Positions 1 to 12,900 of a stretch of 64,000 nt of DNA are shown piece by piece. The position numbers and the translations under genes were made by a program. Below the pieces are notes generated by a model. That model searched no databases. It saw only the letters and a program-made list of their open reading frames with translations, and was not told where the DNA came from. The stretch lies in NCBI GenBank assembly GCA_002633005.1, contig NMRA01000356.1:65693-129692 (forward strand), in the 5' to 3' direction. The DNA comes from Phoronis australis (lineage: Eukaryota; Animalia; Phoronida). How positions within the stretch are numbered: the stretch's first letter is position 1; every line of letters begins with the position of its first letter.

Positions 1-263
1 GAGGTGTGCTTACAGTACACGGAGGTGTACCTATAGTACACGGAGGTGTGCTTACAGTACACGGAGGTGTACCTATAGTACACAGAGGTGTGCTTACAGT
101 ACACGGAGGTGTACCTATAGTACACAGAGGTGTGCTTACAGTACACTGAGGTGTACCTATAGTACACGGAGGTGTGCTTACAGTACACGGAGGTGTACCT
201 ATAGTACACGGAGGTGTGCTTACAGTACACGGAGGTGTGCTTACAGTACACGGAGGTGTACCT
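1..263. repeat. Minisatellite, 21-bp units with two alternating variants
   Basis: gaggtgtgcttacagtacacg / gaggtgtacctatagtacacg. Confidence 0.95.
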
Positions 264-372
264 ACATATTTAACAGTAACAACTTTACTTAGGCTAGCTT
301 TTTGGGGGATATGTCTCAGGAGAGGGGGATTTAATTTAAAACCTGATCCCTGAGTAGACCCAGCACTGCTCC

Positions 373-541
373 TGACAATACTCCAACTGGATTACACTTG
401 TTAATGGTACCAAGTAGCAGGGCTAAGTGACAATACTCCAACTGGATTACACTTGTTAATGGTACCAAGTAGCAGGGCTAAGTGACAATACTCCAACTGG
501 ATTACACTTGTTAATGGTACCAAGTAGCAGGGCTAAGTGAC
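373..541. repeat. 55-bp tandem repeat x3
   Basis: tgacaatactccaactggattac...cagggctaag. Confidence 0.95.
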
Positions 542-824
542 AGAAAAGAACAAATCAGAAATTAGAAAGCTAACTTGTTCAACAGTAATGGCCGAGCATG
601 TAACAAAACTTTTGTACAATACGCCACCCCCTAAGCGGAATGTCTCAAACACAATCCTTCTGTATGCCCAAACAACCATATTTCATTATCTTTTGACTTT
701 AGAGCCGAATATACTACACCAATGTACCCTCATACTTTCCCTAGCCCCAAAATTAAAATTTACATCATAATGATTGAATTTGTGCAACATCCCTCAACCA
801 ACCCATCCACCACCCCCTACATAC

Positions 825-968
825 CTCTGCAAAGAGGATCCCCTGAGGTTCCAGGTGTATAGGCATGCCATGTCGCTGGTTATCGAGGAAGTCTTCCAGT
901 CGTAGAAACTTGACTGCACACATCTGGCGCCAGTCCCTCCAGTAGATGGTGATCTCGATTTCTCGTGC
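825..968 (-). CDS. PKN2: PKN exon, C2-like domain
   Basis: tgtag|[48 protein letters not shown]|gtatgt. Confidence 0.95.
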
Positions 969-3900
969 CTACAACAGAAAGCGATGAGTTAACATAAAAC
1001 ACACCTACTTTAAGAACAGACAGTAGCACTACAGTAGTCAGCCTACAGACAGTAGCACTACAGTAGTCAGTCTGCAGACAGTAGCACTACAGTAGTCAGA
1101 CTGCAGACAGTAGCACTACAGTACAGTAGTCAGTCTACAGACAGTAGCACTACAGTAGTCAGCCCACAGACAGTAGCACTACAGTAGTCAGCCTGCAGAC
1201 AGTAGCACTACAGTAGTCAGCCTGCTCAGATTGGGAGTCAATGTAAAACAAAGTGGAAGACATGAAGAATATTTTAGGTTATTCCGTAACATTTATTTTT
1301 TTCAGATATATCATATTCCAGAGGTGGACAAAGTTGGACGTTGCTCTAACTATAACGTTACACCAAAACAACAAAATTGGATCTGGTCTTGCAATGTTCT
1401 TTTAATAGCTGTCCCTACACAAGCCGACATCTGGAGGCACTGGAAGAATTAAGAGTTGCTCCACTATCAAATTTGCATTGAATGAATAATTACATAGCAT
1501 GACAAAGATTGTGTAAACTTACATGGTACCAAAGTGACAACTCACCCGATCTAAGTCTACTGTCATTCTATGATCCCAGCACTGTTGACTGCATGTCTTG
1601 TAAGGTGTCTGGCCAGCTAAACTGTTGTCTACTTTTATTAGTGCTGAGATTTCGTCTGCAAAGGAAAAGTCGACTTGTTAATGGCAAATAAGATAAGAAC
1701 AAAACAAATACAAGTCATTCAGTATTACCAATGACGGCAAGTAGCTGCTGAATGCGTGCACCTTTGAGGGCCCTCTTGGAAAGCAGTGCTATCACTGCAG
1801 AGGCCACCCTCATTTTAAATCACCACCTAATCACAGTTATTTTGTCATTTAATTTTGGGTCAAATGAATCTTCTGCTACAAAAAGGTAAGCCAACAATGT
1901 TAAGTTGTGTATGGTAAAATCTTCATAAAACCAGTGGAGAAAATTGCATATCGCCTTTTATGTCAGAAAATTGAAAAACTGTGGCTACCGTAGTTAGCCT
2001 CTGTATATTGCTCTCCCCTGTACACACACTTGAACACTGCACTCCCTCTTCCCCTGTACACACACTTGAACACTGCACTCAATCTGCATTACTTCCCCTG
2101 TACACACACTTGAACACTGCACTCAATCTGCATTACTTCCCCTGTACATACACCTGAACACTGCACTCAATCTGCATTACTTCCCCTGTACACACACTTG
2201 AACACTCCCTCCCTTTGAACTGTCACTGTAGAGCAAGACCAATTTAGTCATCTCAACAGAAATTGTCCCTTTAAACTCAATAATCTCTCAAACACTGGTG
2301 AGGGCACATTTCATTTTCACAAAACTAGGCATATGTACCTTTCACTTAAACAGACCCTTCCGAACCTGTACATTCATTGGTGAGCCCATTTGTTCATTTC
2401 TGCAAATCTCAGTATTTGTTCCCAACGACCACTACACTCCCTCCCCTTGTACACTCACTGGTGAGGTCCTCTCCTTTGATGCTGTACATTTTGTTACTAC
2501 TGCGACCATGGAAGCTCTTTGCACCTTTCATAAAGCTCCGACTCTCCCCAGGGCTCGATGTACCCAGGCTATCCTTACGGCTCCGACCAGGGATCTCCTC
2601 TAACAGATCTTGGCAACCTAGCAACCTGTGACAGCCGAGTTGACTATATTACCCATGGCAACACTATGGACTGATGTCACAGACAAGTGTGACCACTTTG
2701 TAAGTACTATCAACATGCACCAATAACGTGTTTATAAACAAACTGACCAATAGGAGATAGAATAGCTTGTCATAAATATAACTATGTCTATAAAGACCAC
2801 GTACAATACACACATTTTAAGGATGGATAAATACATCTACTGCAGAGAGGAATTAAATGGTCTTTTTAAATGAAACAAGAGAATACAGATCCCAATTTTA
2901 CATAGGGACACTACCCTCTAAGCAGAGACTACTGATCGCTGAAATCTGGATCATGTTAGTTACTTTACACTTGAAGTTGGAGATATTTCATCTAGGCTTT
3001 GTAAATGTAATTATGTTTGTTTGATGGGGGATGTAGTTATACAAATGTGATGTATGTGAGAACACGGGAATTGGGCATCAATTGTTATTTATTATCATGC
3101 TAGCAAGCAATGACCATTCACCTGACTTCCAGCTTTCCAGTGAGCGCCGCTGGCTTGGCAAGTATAGAGTCTTGGTCCTTGCCCTTGATCGAACCCCTGG
3201 GCGTGTAGGAGGTGGGGCTAGCTGCCAACAGCTCCTCCTTCAGGATCTGTATTCGTGTGCTGTGTGGCTGCAGCTCTGCCAGTCGTCTGGACAGGGAGGT
3301 ACGCAGCAGGTCACATTTGTGACTGGACTCTGTCAAGCCGTTCTGAGCCTTTAGAGTAAAGAGGTGTTGATAACGGTGCAAATAGGGGCAGTTAAAAATA
3401 CACCTCAATGTTGATTTTATTACAATTCAATTCTTTTCTCAATTCGAGTCAAATTTTGTCAAAATCTGTGACACTTTTGTGTATAGGCACTAACTGGAAT
3501 TTTCCCTCCCTGAGTGACTACGTAGTTACATTAAATCAACCTCCAACTAAAGTTTGGATGTAATTTCAACATGATAAAAATTACATTTTATTGCTACATA
3601 ACTCTAATGTTAGGAACCCTCAGTTTTGGTAAACTGGTCAAGGTCTGCCTGTACCTGTCTAATTCTTTCAACTAACAATATACAGGAAATTGAGAAGCAA
3701 GTGGCCAAGCCTTAAATCATCATGTAATAACAGAGGCACACGTGACTAACATTCCCTCGTGTACCTCTTGTAGAGTCTTTTTGTCCAGTGACTTGGATCC
3801 CTGCAGTAGTTTAAGTGCATTTTTTGCACCCTCTATCATGGCTGACTCGACGTACATGTGATGGCGCAGCTCCTCAATGCGCAGCTCGAGTGGAGAATGT

Positions 3901-6900
3901 TCCTGTTTAGTGGCTGTAAGGACACGTTGGACTGTTATTATCTTGATAGTCATAGTTTGAAATACTGAGCATAGTAGGACATGTCATTCTGTTGTTACTA
4001 GAATCAGATTAATACTAAACACAGTAGGACATGTCATTCTGTTGTTACTAGAACCAGAGTAATACTCAGCATAGTAGGACATGTCATTCTGGTGTGACTA
4101 GAAACAGAGTAATACTCAGCATAGTAGGACAAATCATTCTGTTATTACGGAATCCATAGTTCTCACTCTACTTAGGGGAAAAGGGATTCCCTCCAAAGAG
4201 GAGAAATTTTCCCCTTCTTGCCTACTTTCAGCCTACCCTAAATCTTAACAAGACTGGAACATTTTAATTGGCCATTTCACGACCAGCCTCGTTCCGGCCT
4301 CCAGCACGCTTAGTGCAAGCCAAAATGCAGCCAAGCTTGTGACTGTTTCAATGTAATTGTTAAGAAAGTCACATGATGGGACTAGCCTGATAGAAGTTGA
4401 TTCAGTGTTGTACACTTACTGCCAGCAATTGCGTAGTATATGTGAACAGTGACATCATAAATGTGTTGTCATTAGCTCAGTGATATCAACATGCAATTGA
4501 AAATAATCAGCATTACTGTGATGACAGCACCACTCTGTGCCATAGTTGGCAGGACCAAGTATCGCTGCTAAGTTACTAGACATCATTTCTACAGCCAATC
4601 AAATGCCTATAGATCCGAGATACGGTGGTATCAGTCTACTTCATGACTATCAATTTACTCAAGATGTCTTTCAAAGTTGTTTAAAACAATCTTCAACAAA
4701 CCACGTGACTTAAAAAGGGAAGTTCTTATTTTTTGCAAACCTGCTCCACGTGAATATGGTGTTCGTTTGAAACACTTCACCTACCGTGGTCTCCAATACC
4801 ATCCAATGAACCAGCAGCGTTCTCCAAGTTCTGAGCCTTCAGGATCTGCATACGAATTATCTCAATCTTAGTCTTGGCATCAGCCAACATCTGTTGAGCT
4901 TCACCGAGAAGCTTTTTGTCCTTAGTTGAGCCAGAGCTGTACATATGGATCATGTTCTCAGCACCTTGTTTTACCTGATAGGAAACAAAGAGACAAACTA
5001 CCTTGTATTACCTGTTAGGAAACAAAGAGACAAACTACCTTGTTTTATCTGTTAGGAAACAAAGAGACAAACTACCTTGTTTTACCTGTTAGGAAACAGG
5101 AAGACATCACAGAAGATGGGTCAGCAACTCAGACACAAACCAGTCTCAGGATACAAAGTTGCATTTGAAGTACATCTTGTACAACTCAAACATGTCAAAA
5201 TAATTATAAAAACCAACAGCGTGTTTGAGATTTCATTCTGAACAATTTTATTAATAAATTGGGACATATTATTGATACTGGTTTTGCATTTCTTTTCAAA
5301 TTTTACAGACTTTATACCTTCAGAAAATACGTAAATTTAACAAGTTAATAANACGTGACTTAAAAAGGGAAGTTCTTATTTTTTGCAAACCTGCTCCACG
5401 TGAATATGGTGTTCGTTTGAAACACTTCACCTACCGTGGTCTCCAATACCATCCAATGAACCAGCAGCGTTCTCCAAGTTCTGAGCCTTCAGGATCTGCA
5501 TACGAATTATCTCAATCTTAGTCTTGGCATCAGCCAACATCTGTTGAGCTTCACCGAGAAGCTTTTTGTCCTTAGTTGAGCCAGAGCTGTACATATGGAT
5601 CATGTTCTCAGCACCTTGTTTTACCTGATAGGAAACAAAGAGACAAACTACCTTGTTTTATCTGTTAGGAAACAAAGAGACAAACTACCTTGTCTTACCT
5701 GTTAGGAAACAGGAAGACATCACAGAAGATGGGTCAGCAACTCAGACACAAACCAGTCTCAGAATACAAAGTTGCATTTGAAGTACATCTTGTACAACTC
5801 AAACATGTCAAAATAATTATAAAAACCAACAGCGTGTTTGAGATTTCATTCTGAACAATTTTATTAATAAATTGGGACATATTATTGATACTGGTTTTGC
5901 ATTTCTTTTTAAATTTTACAGACTTTATACCTTCAGAAAATACGTAAATTTAACAAGTTAATAAGGTCCCACATACTAGTAACCTCATTTATAATATGTA
6001 TCCTATGTACTATGAGCAATTAACGGCAGGGGGACTTGCAACACTATATGGTATGTACAGGGCTCGACGCTATTCAAATCGCCAGGTCGCATTTTTCGAC
6101 CTAGCCAAAATCCCAGGTCGCATTTTCAAAGTCCAGCTCGCATTTATAAATGCCATGCCGCAAAAATTTCCCGCTATTTTTACGCTCCAAAATTGATTTT
6201 TGAGATCACCGAGAAAATGTTTAGATTATGCTCTTACCTGCAGCGTTAAATACTGACAAATTTCAGATCGCAAAACTGAGTTCGTTCATGCAGGTACGGT
6301 ATTACTGTTCGTCAGGACCGCCATTGAAAGGCCCTAAAGCGCAAGGCAAGTTGCCGTCGTGAAAGTTGAATCAGTGCTCCCTAACTGACACGTGCATTCG
6401 AGTAGCTACGTTTGCGATGTGAAAAGGGAGAAAATGCCCGTTGAAAAAGTATCCGTGATTTTGTTACTGGCTGTTATCAAAGTCGTTAAAGATCCAAACT
6501 AACTCGGAGTGCAAATTCCCTCCGCTTTATGTTCGCAACCGAAATTTTGCAACTTAACTCGACGTTTGAAAACCATCTGACAAAAAAACGTGAAACGTTG
6601 CTCTAACCAAATGACGTATTTGGGTGCGCGGGAACAATTCAGTGCAAATTCCATAACAAAAATGTGGTACTTATGCTGTTTACGTACTCAACAATTCGTT
6701 TTCTATGAAATGAATAGCCTCGAAATAATTCCCGACTCAATGCAGGATTCCATCGCGTAATTCGAGTTTGCTCCTCAATACCTTCCAAGTACGGGGAAAA
6801 TATGTCAGTCACGAAACGACACGCATGTCACTAGTGTTAAGTTTCTTTCGCAGGTATGAAACAAAGCCGGGATTTGGTTTTTACATATTGAGAAAAGATG

Positions 6901-9900
6901 TTTTTGAAAACTGAATTTGTTGTGTAAAATGAGAGTGACACACTATATAGGCTGCGGGTCAATTTTAAATCACGCGCGGTCGTTTGTATAGTGCGCTATG
7001 ATGGGCGCTAGCCTGAACCGTGGGCGCTTAATGGGAAATTCTCAAAGGTTGAAGGGGAACGCTTAGTAAATCAGTGACCGCTTATTACAAAACACTTCAA
7101 AGGTAGGAAGTAGGCTTGTGCGTGAGCATTGTCGTTAACCTGAGTGTTTGCGTTAATAAGATATTAAACGACTGCAATGTTAAGAAACTATATAATAATA
7201 GGATTTTGCGAGACAAACTCCATCGCGTATAGGGGAGACTTTCTGGATATCGTTACCACCTACACTGTACCCTTTTTAGCCACACGGAATAATTTTGTTT
7301 TTAATTGCCCGCTTCAGCCGGAACAAGATTTCTTCTATTGGAGTCTGAACATTTTACGGCGACGGTGGTCCGGGAGCGAAAACTTGCCAGGGGCCGGTGT
7401 ATGAAGAGAAGAATAAAAAATTCGCTGACGACAATTTCACATCTAGTACCCATTTAGTTGCAACAGCTGGCTATGAGCATAGAGTATAGGCTTTAGGGAA
7501 CATCAACCTCGGGAAACATCGTCACAGGAAATATCAGTTCTGGGTTATATCGGTTCCGGGGAATATCGTAAAGCATCGGATCTTTTATAACAGGCGGGAA
7601 TCTATGAGTTCATTTTCAAATAAACCACTGGCACGTACCCGGGTGCTTAACAGAGCCAAGCTGGTATACTGTTTCATTTTAGGACTGTAGCTGTTTTTTT
7701 GTTTTTTTTTGATTTGCAGCTTTGAAGTGGTGCGCACGCCTGAGTCCCCCCCACTTGAATCGCAGGAGCAGGCAAACACTTTACATGCGCGCACCCAGCC
7801 TAAAATATTGGGGGTGCTCGAATTCTTCCATATGCGGACCTGATACTGAAAAAATCAACGAGGACTAAAAAACGGGACCTGCCAATCGTGCTTCCGCGCC
7901 GAATTCCTGTGGACTTTGTGGATTTTTGTCTCGTTTACTCGCGGGACATTTTGTTTCACCGAGGCAAACCTTTTTGCCCAATTCGAGCCCCCCAATCCCC
8001 CCTGGGTGCGCCCATTATTTACGCTGCAAGCAACGTGTGAAAGTTAAATCATATTTCGCGCACGTATAGCCCCAGAAACAAGTAAAGGGGTTAAATGATT
8101 TCTTGGTAACTAAAAGTAAAGACGTGACAGTCGTTTGGCGATTAATAGGGTTGTCATTTTCACTTTGGCTGTCATGTGCAATAAAAAACAAGACGCACAT
8201 CTGTAAGTCACGATTGTCTGTCGGGACCGCTTGCACGCTAACAACGGGACCGATCAGTGCCGCAGTGCCGGCAATATCAGGGATGTTGCCGTGGATATTT
8301 GGTACATGTAATAAGGACATCTTACGCAAAAAATAAACATATTTGTCTACCACAAAGTTTGATAAGTTGATCGCTTAAGAAATAGTAGAAACACCGCCGT
8401 TTTGTGACATTTTATCACGTGTTATGCAGTGGCCCCAAAACTTTCCGGCTCGAATCCGGAAACGTGCAAAAGTGGTCGAAAGTGTTAGCCAATGAAACCG
8501 TCAAAGATCGATTCTGCATATCCCATGTTCACGCGACTTGCTTACATGTACAAGTCATCGGGAGGGCTGTTCTCTGTTGGCGTTCTTTTGAACTTGGATT
8601 TGGCAACAACCAATTAAATAACGGTCCGATTAACAAGAGTTGCTTTATATTTGCCAGGTATCTGCCGAGAAGTGTAAAAACTCAGCTCGCATACGTTGAA
8701 AATTCCAGGTCGCATTTAGCGACTTGATACGAGCTGACAAAAATCTCAGCTCGCATTTCCAAATTTCAGGTCGCAAATGCGACCTGCAGCTCGTTATGTC
8801 GAGCCCTGATGTATCTTATGTGCTATGAGCGATTAACAGCGAGGGACTTGCAACACTATATGGTTATGTCGGGCCAAGGATAGCTTTGATCAACTTGTAG
8901 TAAATCTTACCTTGAGTTCTATATCTAACTGTTTTTGTAATGTTATAAGCCTCTGCTGAAATGGAGAGTTCTCTGATCCATCACGCTCTGGGGAATGACT
9001 TTCTGGATCACCTGCAAAAATAGTAAGAGCAAATTCAAGCAGGAGGAATACATGTGGTTGTTTGGGGTATAACCACTTGGATAATCAATTGTTTGTTAGG
9101 GGTATAATCAAAATCAAAATCCTCTAAATTACGTATATGAAATTGTTAATTTACAGGTTTAAGTGCAAAATTTTAAAGTTAAAATATTATTGCTGGCTAA
9201 TAATTATAATAATATTGCTGGCTAATAATAATAATAATATTGCTGGCAATCATTAAAGCAAGGTAACTGACACCATCAAATTATGTTAGAAAAAGAATTT
9301 CTTCAGATTTTTTAACAATAATTTACCCTCTGTTATTACAAAAATTGGTTCATATCTGTATTGTTTACTGCCACACAGCATATGGAACTGTGTTTGACGT
9401 TAGCAAAAATCACTCTCAGCTTTGATGTTGAGGGCAGAATTACCAAGCTGGCAAAATTTTAACTTGGCGGCCAAATTTCAACTTGGCGCGCATTCCCAAA
9501 CTCAATGCTTCCAGTCAAAACAGGTCCTGGAGAACACTGGGTTGAAAGCAGAATGGAATTTTAAATGAGTAAACAAAGGTCAATTTGTAAATAATTTTTC
9601 CGCTATGAAGTGAAATTTGGTGGAACTCAGTCACACCAAATTTGTGTTCCAAAGCAAACCATTTCCTTGTACATCATACTCGGGATAAGCAAAACTAAAA
9701 CGACAAGCGTCGGTACTAAAATATATTAAAATCCTGTGGTAGTCTGTAGCACACCCTTGACAAGGAGCACATCACTCAAAACATGGCGATATTTTAATAC
9801 CGACAGTCGTCGTTTTCTTTTTACAAGTTTTACTATTTTATATTTCTATTCGTCGGTAACTGCACGTCATTCCAACATCCATTTTATTTCACACTCTGGT

Positions 9901-12900
9901 TTACTTCAGACAAACAGATGGGAACTAAACAGATCTGCCACTTGTCTTTCTTCAGAACATGAATATGTTAACGAGTCTATAAGCAAATGATATGGCCATA
10001 ACAAACATTTGGAACATTACGGCTGTCAGAAAGTTGACCAAAACATTTGAAAACACAGCTTGGTTTCCTGGCAATACCTTCAAATTTTACCAAATCATGA
10101 ATCAACAAATACTATCTGTGCCAACATTTGCCCACAAGATCCTGAATGTGAGGCCCACAAGATCCTGAATGTGAGGCCCACAAGAACCTGAATGTGAGGC
10201 CCACAAGATCCTGAATGTGAGGCCCACAAGATCCTGAATGTGAGGCATTACCTGTAAAGTGGGTGTCATCATCCAGTCACAAGCTCTATGGAGAATGTTT
10301 GCAAATCCATTTCATTCACTGGACAAGAGAGAGGCAGCAGTAGGGGAGACGACTAACACAGAGCACACTACACAGTTACAGTGCCTCTACAACAGTTTGG
10401 CTTGATATTCTTGCCGGATATCAGCAGGGGAGACAACCAACACGGACAAGTAACCACAGTGCCTCCATACCTCTTCGTGAGTCTGGCTTGATATTCTTGC
10501 TGGATACCAGCAGGGGAGACAACCAACACAGACAAGTAACATAGACCACCCTACACAGTGCCTACATACCTCTTCGTGAGTCTGGCTTGTCATTCTTGCT
10601 GGCTATTACCAAGGGAGACAACCAACACAGACCACACTATACAGTTGCACAGTGCCTACATACCTCTACGTGAGTCTGGCTTGTCATTCTTGCTGGCTAT
10701 TAGCAGAGGAGACAACCAACATAGACCACACTATACAGTGCCTACATACCTCTACGTGAGTCTGGCTTGTCATTCTTGCTGGCTATTAGCAGGTAAGAGT
10801 TAAGTTCCTGTAGTTCCTCATGCAGATCCTGTAGTTTAATGTTTGCCTTCTTGACAGTACTGGCAATGTTCTGAAGCACCTTCTTGTCTGTAGCCACCTT
10901 ACGAAGGTTCTCAGCACCTAGTGGGTCAATACATGCCAACATTATTACACACGAATATAATTGCCAAGCTTGTCATTTTCCATTCTTCAAAATCTTCTTG
11001 CCTTGCTGTAATTAGGGAGAGCTCTAACAAACAATGTGTTATGTCCTCTTAACATTAACAACAAAGACAACAATGGAAGGCTGCACTTTGCTTAATCTTT
11101 GTTTTCATGAAAAAAATCACAAAATGAAATTTCACTTGTTTGCCATATTGTTCAAAATTACCAAGACTTGTATCTATGCTTCATGTGGGTGGATGTGTGA
11201 TTGTGGGTGGATGTGAGTGGGTGGGTGGGTGTGTGAGCGTGTGCAGCTGTGTGAACAGCCCAGGTTCACTAGATCACTTACACATGTATTACAAAAAGGC
11301 ATGTGTGATCAGTGAGAGGACTTATCCTGGTGTTCACCTATATAATGATGGAGCTCCTTGCACACATTATAGTTTTGTGACCCCCATTCAGGGTCATTGC
11401 ATGGCATGCTTCCAGCAAACTTGAGAACACAAACTGTGCGACATGACTGCTTAGGTTTGAAGCATGAGTTTTAGTTGAGTTTTAATTGGTGGGCATTGGA
11501 ATCATTTTCCAGGAACTTCCACAAAGTGTGTTGCAATTTCTGTAGGAATCCGACACACGCAACTGACCACTAGTGAAAACCAATCAATCCTGCAAGGTCA
11601 GAAGTTATTTAAGAAAATCTAGAAAAGGCAAGGGGCTTCAGCAGAAACAAATGTTAACAATTTCTTCCTCAACGTTAGTCATTTGAAGCAATGGCAAACA
11701 CTGGAGGGGGAATCAGGAGTGAACTAACAGCAAATCAAAAGAAAATTAATTTTAAAAATCCCTGCTTCAGGCTTGCTCTCAATTTCTTACTAGAAGACAG
11801 TTTGAGTAATGGTTCGAAATTTATTGTACAAATAATCAGGGGTTGTTTTTAAGATAATTGTTATGGAAACACTTTTTCTACAAACCTTCTTTGATCTTTA
11901 GCTCTTTGCGAATCTCCCGTTTGAAATACTCCCGTAGTTCCTCCAGCTTCTGCTGCAAGAGGGCGTCACTAGCGTCCATCTTAAGGTCGTACCTCTGGTT
12001 GAGCTCACTCAAGTAATCCTCCTCCATGGTCGACTGTAACGACACCACGTGGCATGCAGTGTAACTACATTCCATTACACAACATTGTGAGCAAATTTCA
12101 AGAGTACGAAAGGGATCAAGACAAATAATACCAGAGTTTAAAGCAGCATTAAAAACCATGCTTTCATGAAAATCTTGTCTTGATTTAGGCCACTTACCAT
12201 TATAAAAATTGGTATTTCATTTTGACCCAAGCTCAGCCTACAATTGACCTATCGCCAGGACTTCGAGTGACAGCTTAACTGACCAATCAAAATGCAGCAT
12301 TCTTGACACACCTTCGTTTCCAAGTCGCCATTTTACCCGACAAACAACACCTTGGCGGGTAACATTCATTGTTTGTTTGTCGACATTTTGCAAGTGGGCA
12401 GAGCTTAAGATAGGTCCATTGATGTCAGGAGCTCAGCAAGATATGGGAGTAAGTAATTTCTTCAGATCAAGCTCTCCTAAATTCCCAGGTAACGGCAAAA
12501 CTGAGTCAGGAACAGGTGAAGACCAATGTTTTTACGATTAAATGGCCAAACTCCAAACTTAATTTGACACAAACCTTGTGCCACATCAGACTTTAAAAAT
12601 TTCTGTCAGATAACACCAAAGGATAGTACACCTGAACACGAAAGGATAGTACACCTGAACACCAAAGGATAGTACACCTGAACACCAAAGGATAGTACAC
12701 CTGAACACTAAAGATAGTACACCTGAACACCAAAGGTTGTAAACTTGAACACCTAAGGATAGTACACCAGAACACCAAAGGATAGTACACCTGAACACCA
12801 AAGGTTACAATAAAGTCGCGCGATTTTCGGACGGCCAGCCATTTTCGACCAAGAATAAATATTTCCGAAATGAGTTTTTCATAGTCCACGAAATTCGTAC

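Noticed and set aside
4703-5964. Tandem, mutually exclusive PKN HR1b exons
   Set aside because: The copies are identical and joined at a single N; a haplotype artefact is more parsimonious.
1-12803. Short direct-repeat arrays as CRISPR-like loci
   Set aside because: Units are head-to-tail without unique spacers, there are no cas genes, and the context is eukaryotic intron.
12586-12889. Repetitive-peptide ORFs ([10 protein letters not shown] repeats)
   Set aside because: These are translations of the 23-bp minisatellite.
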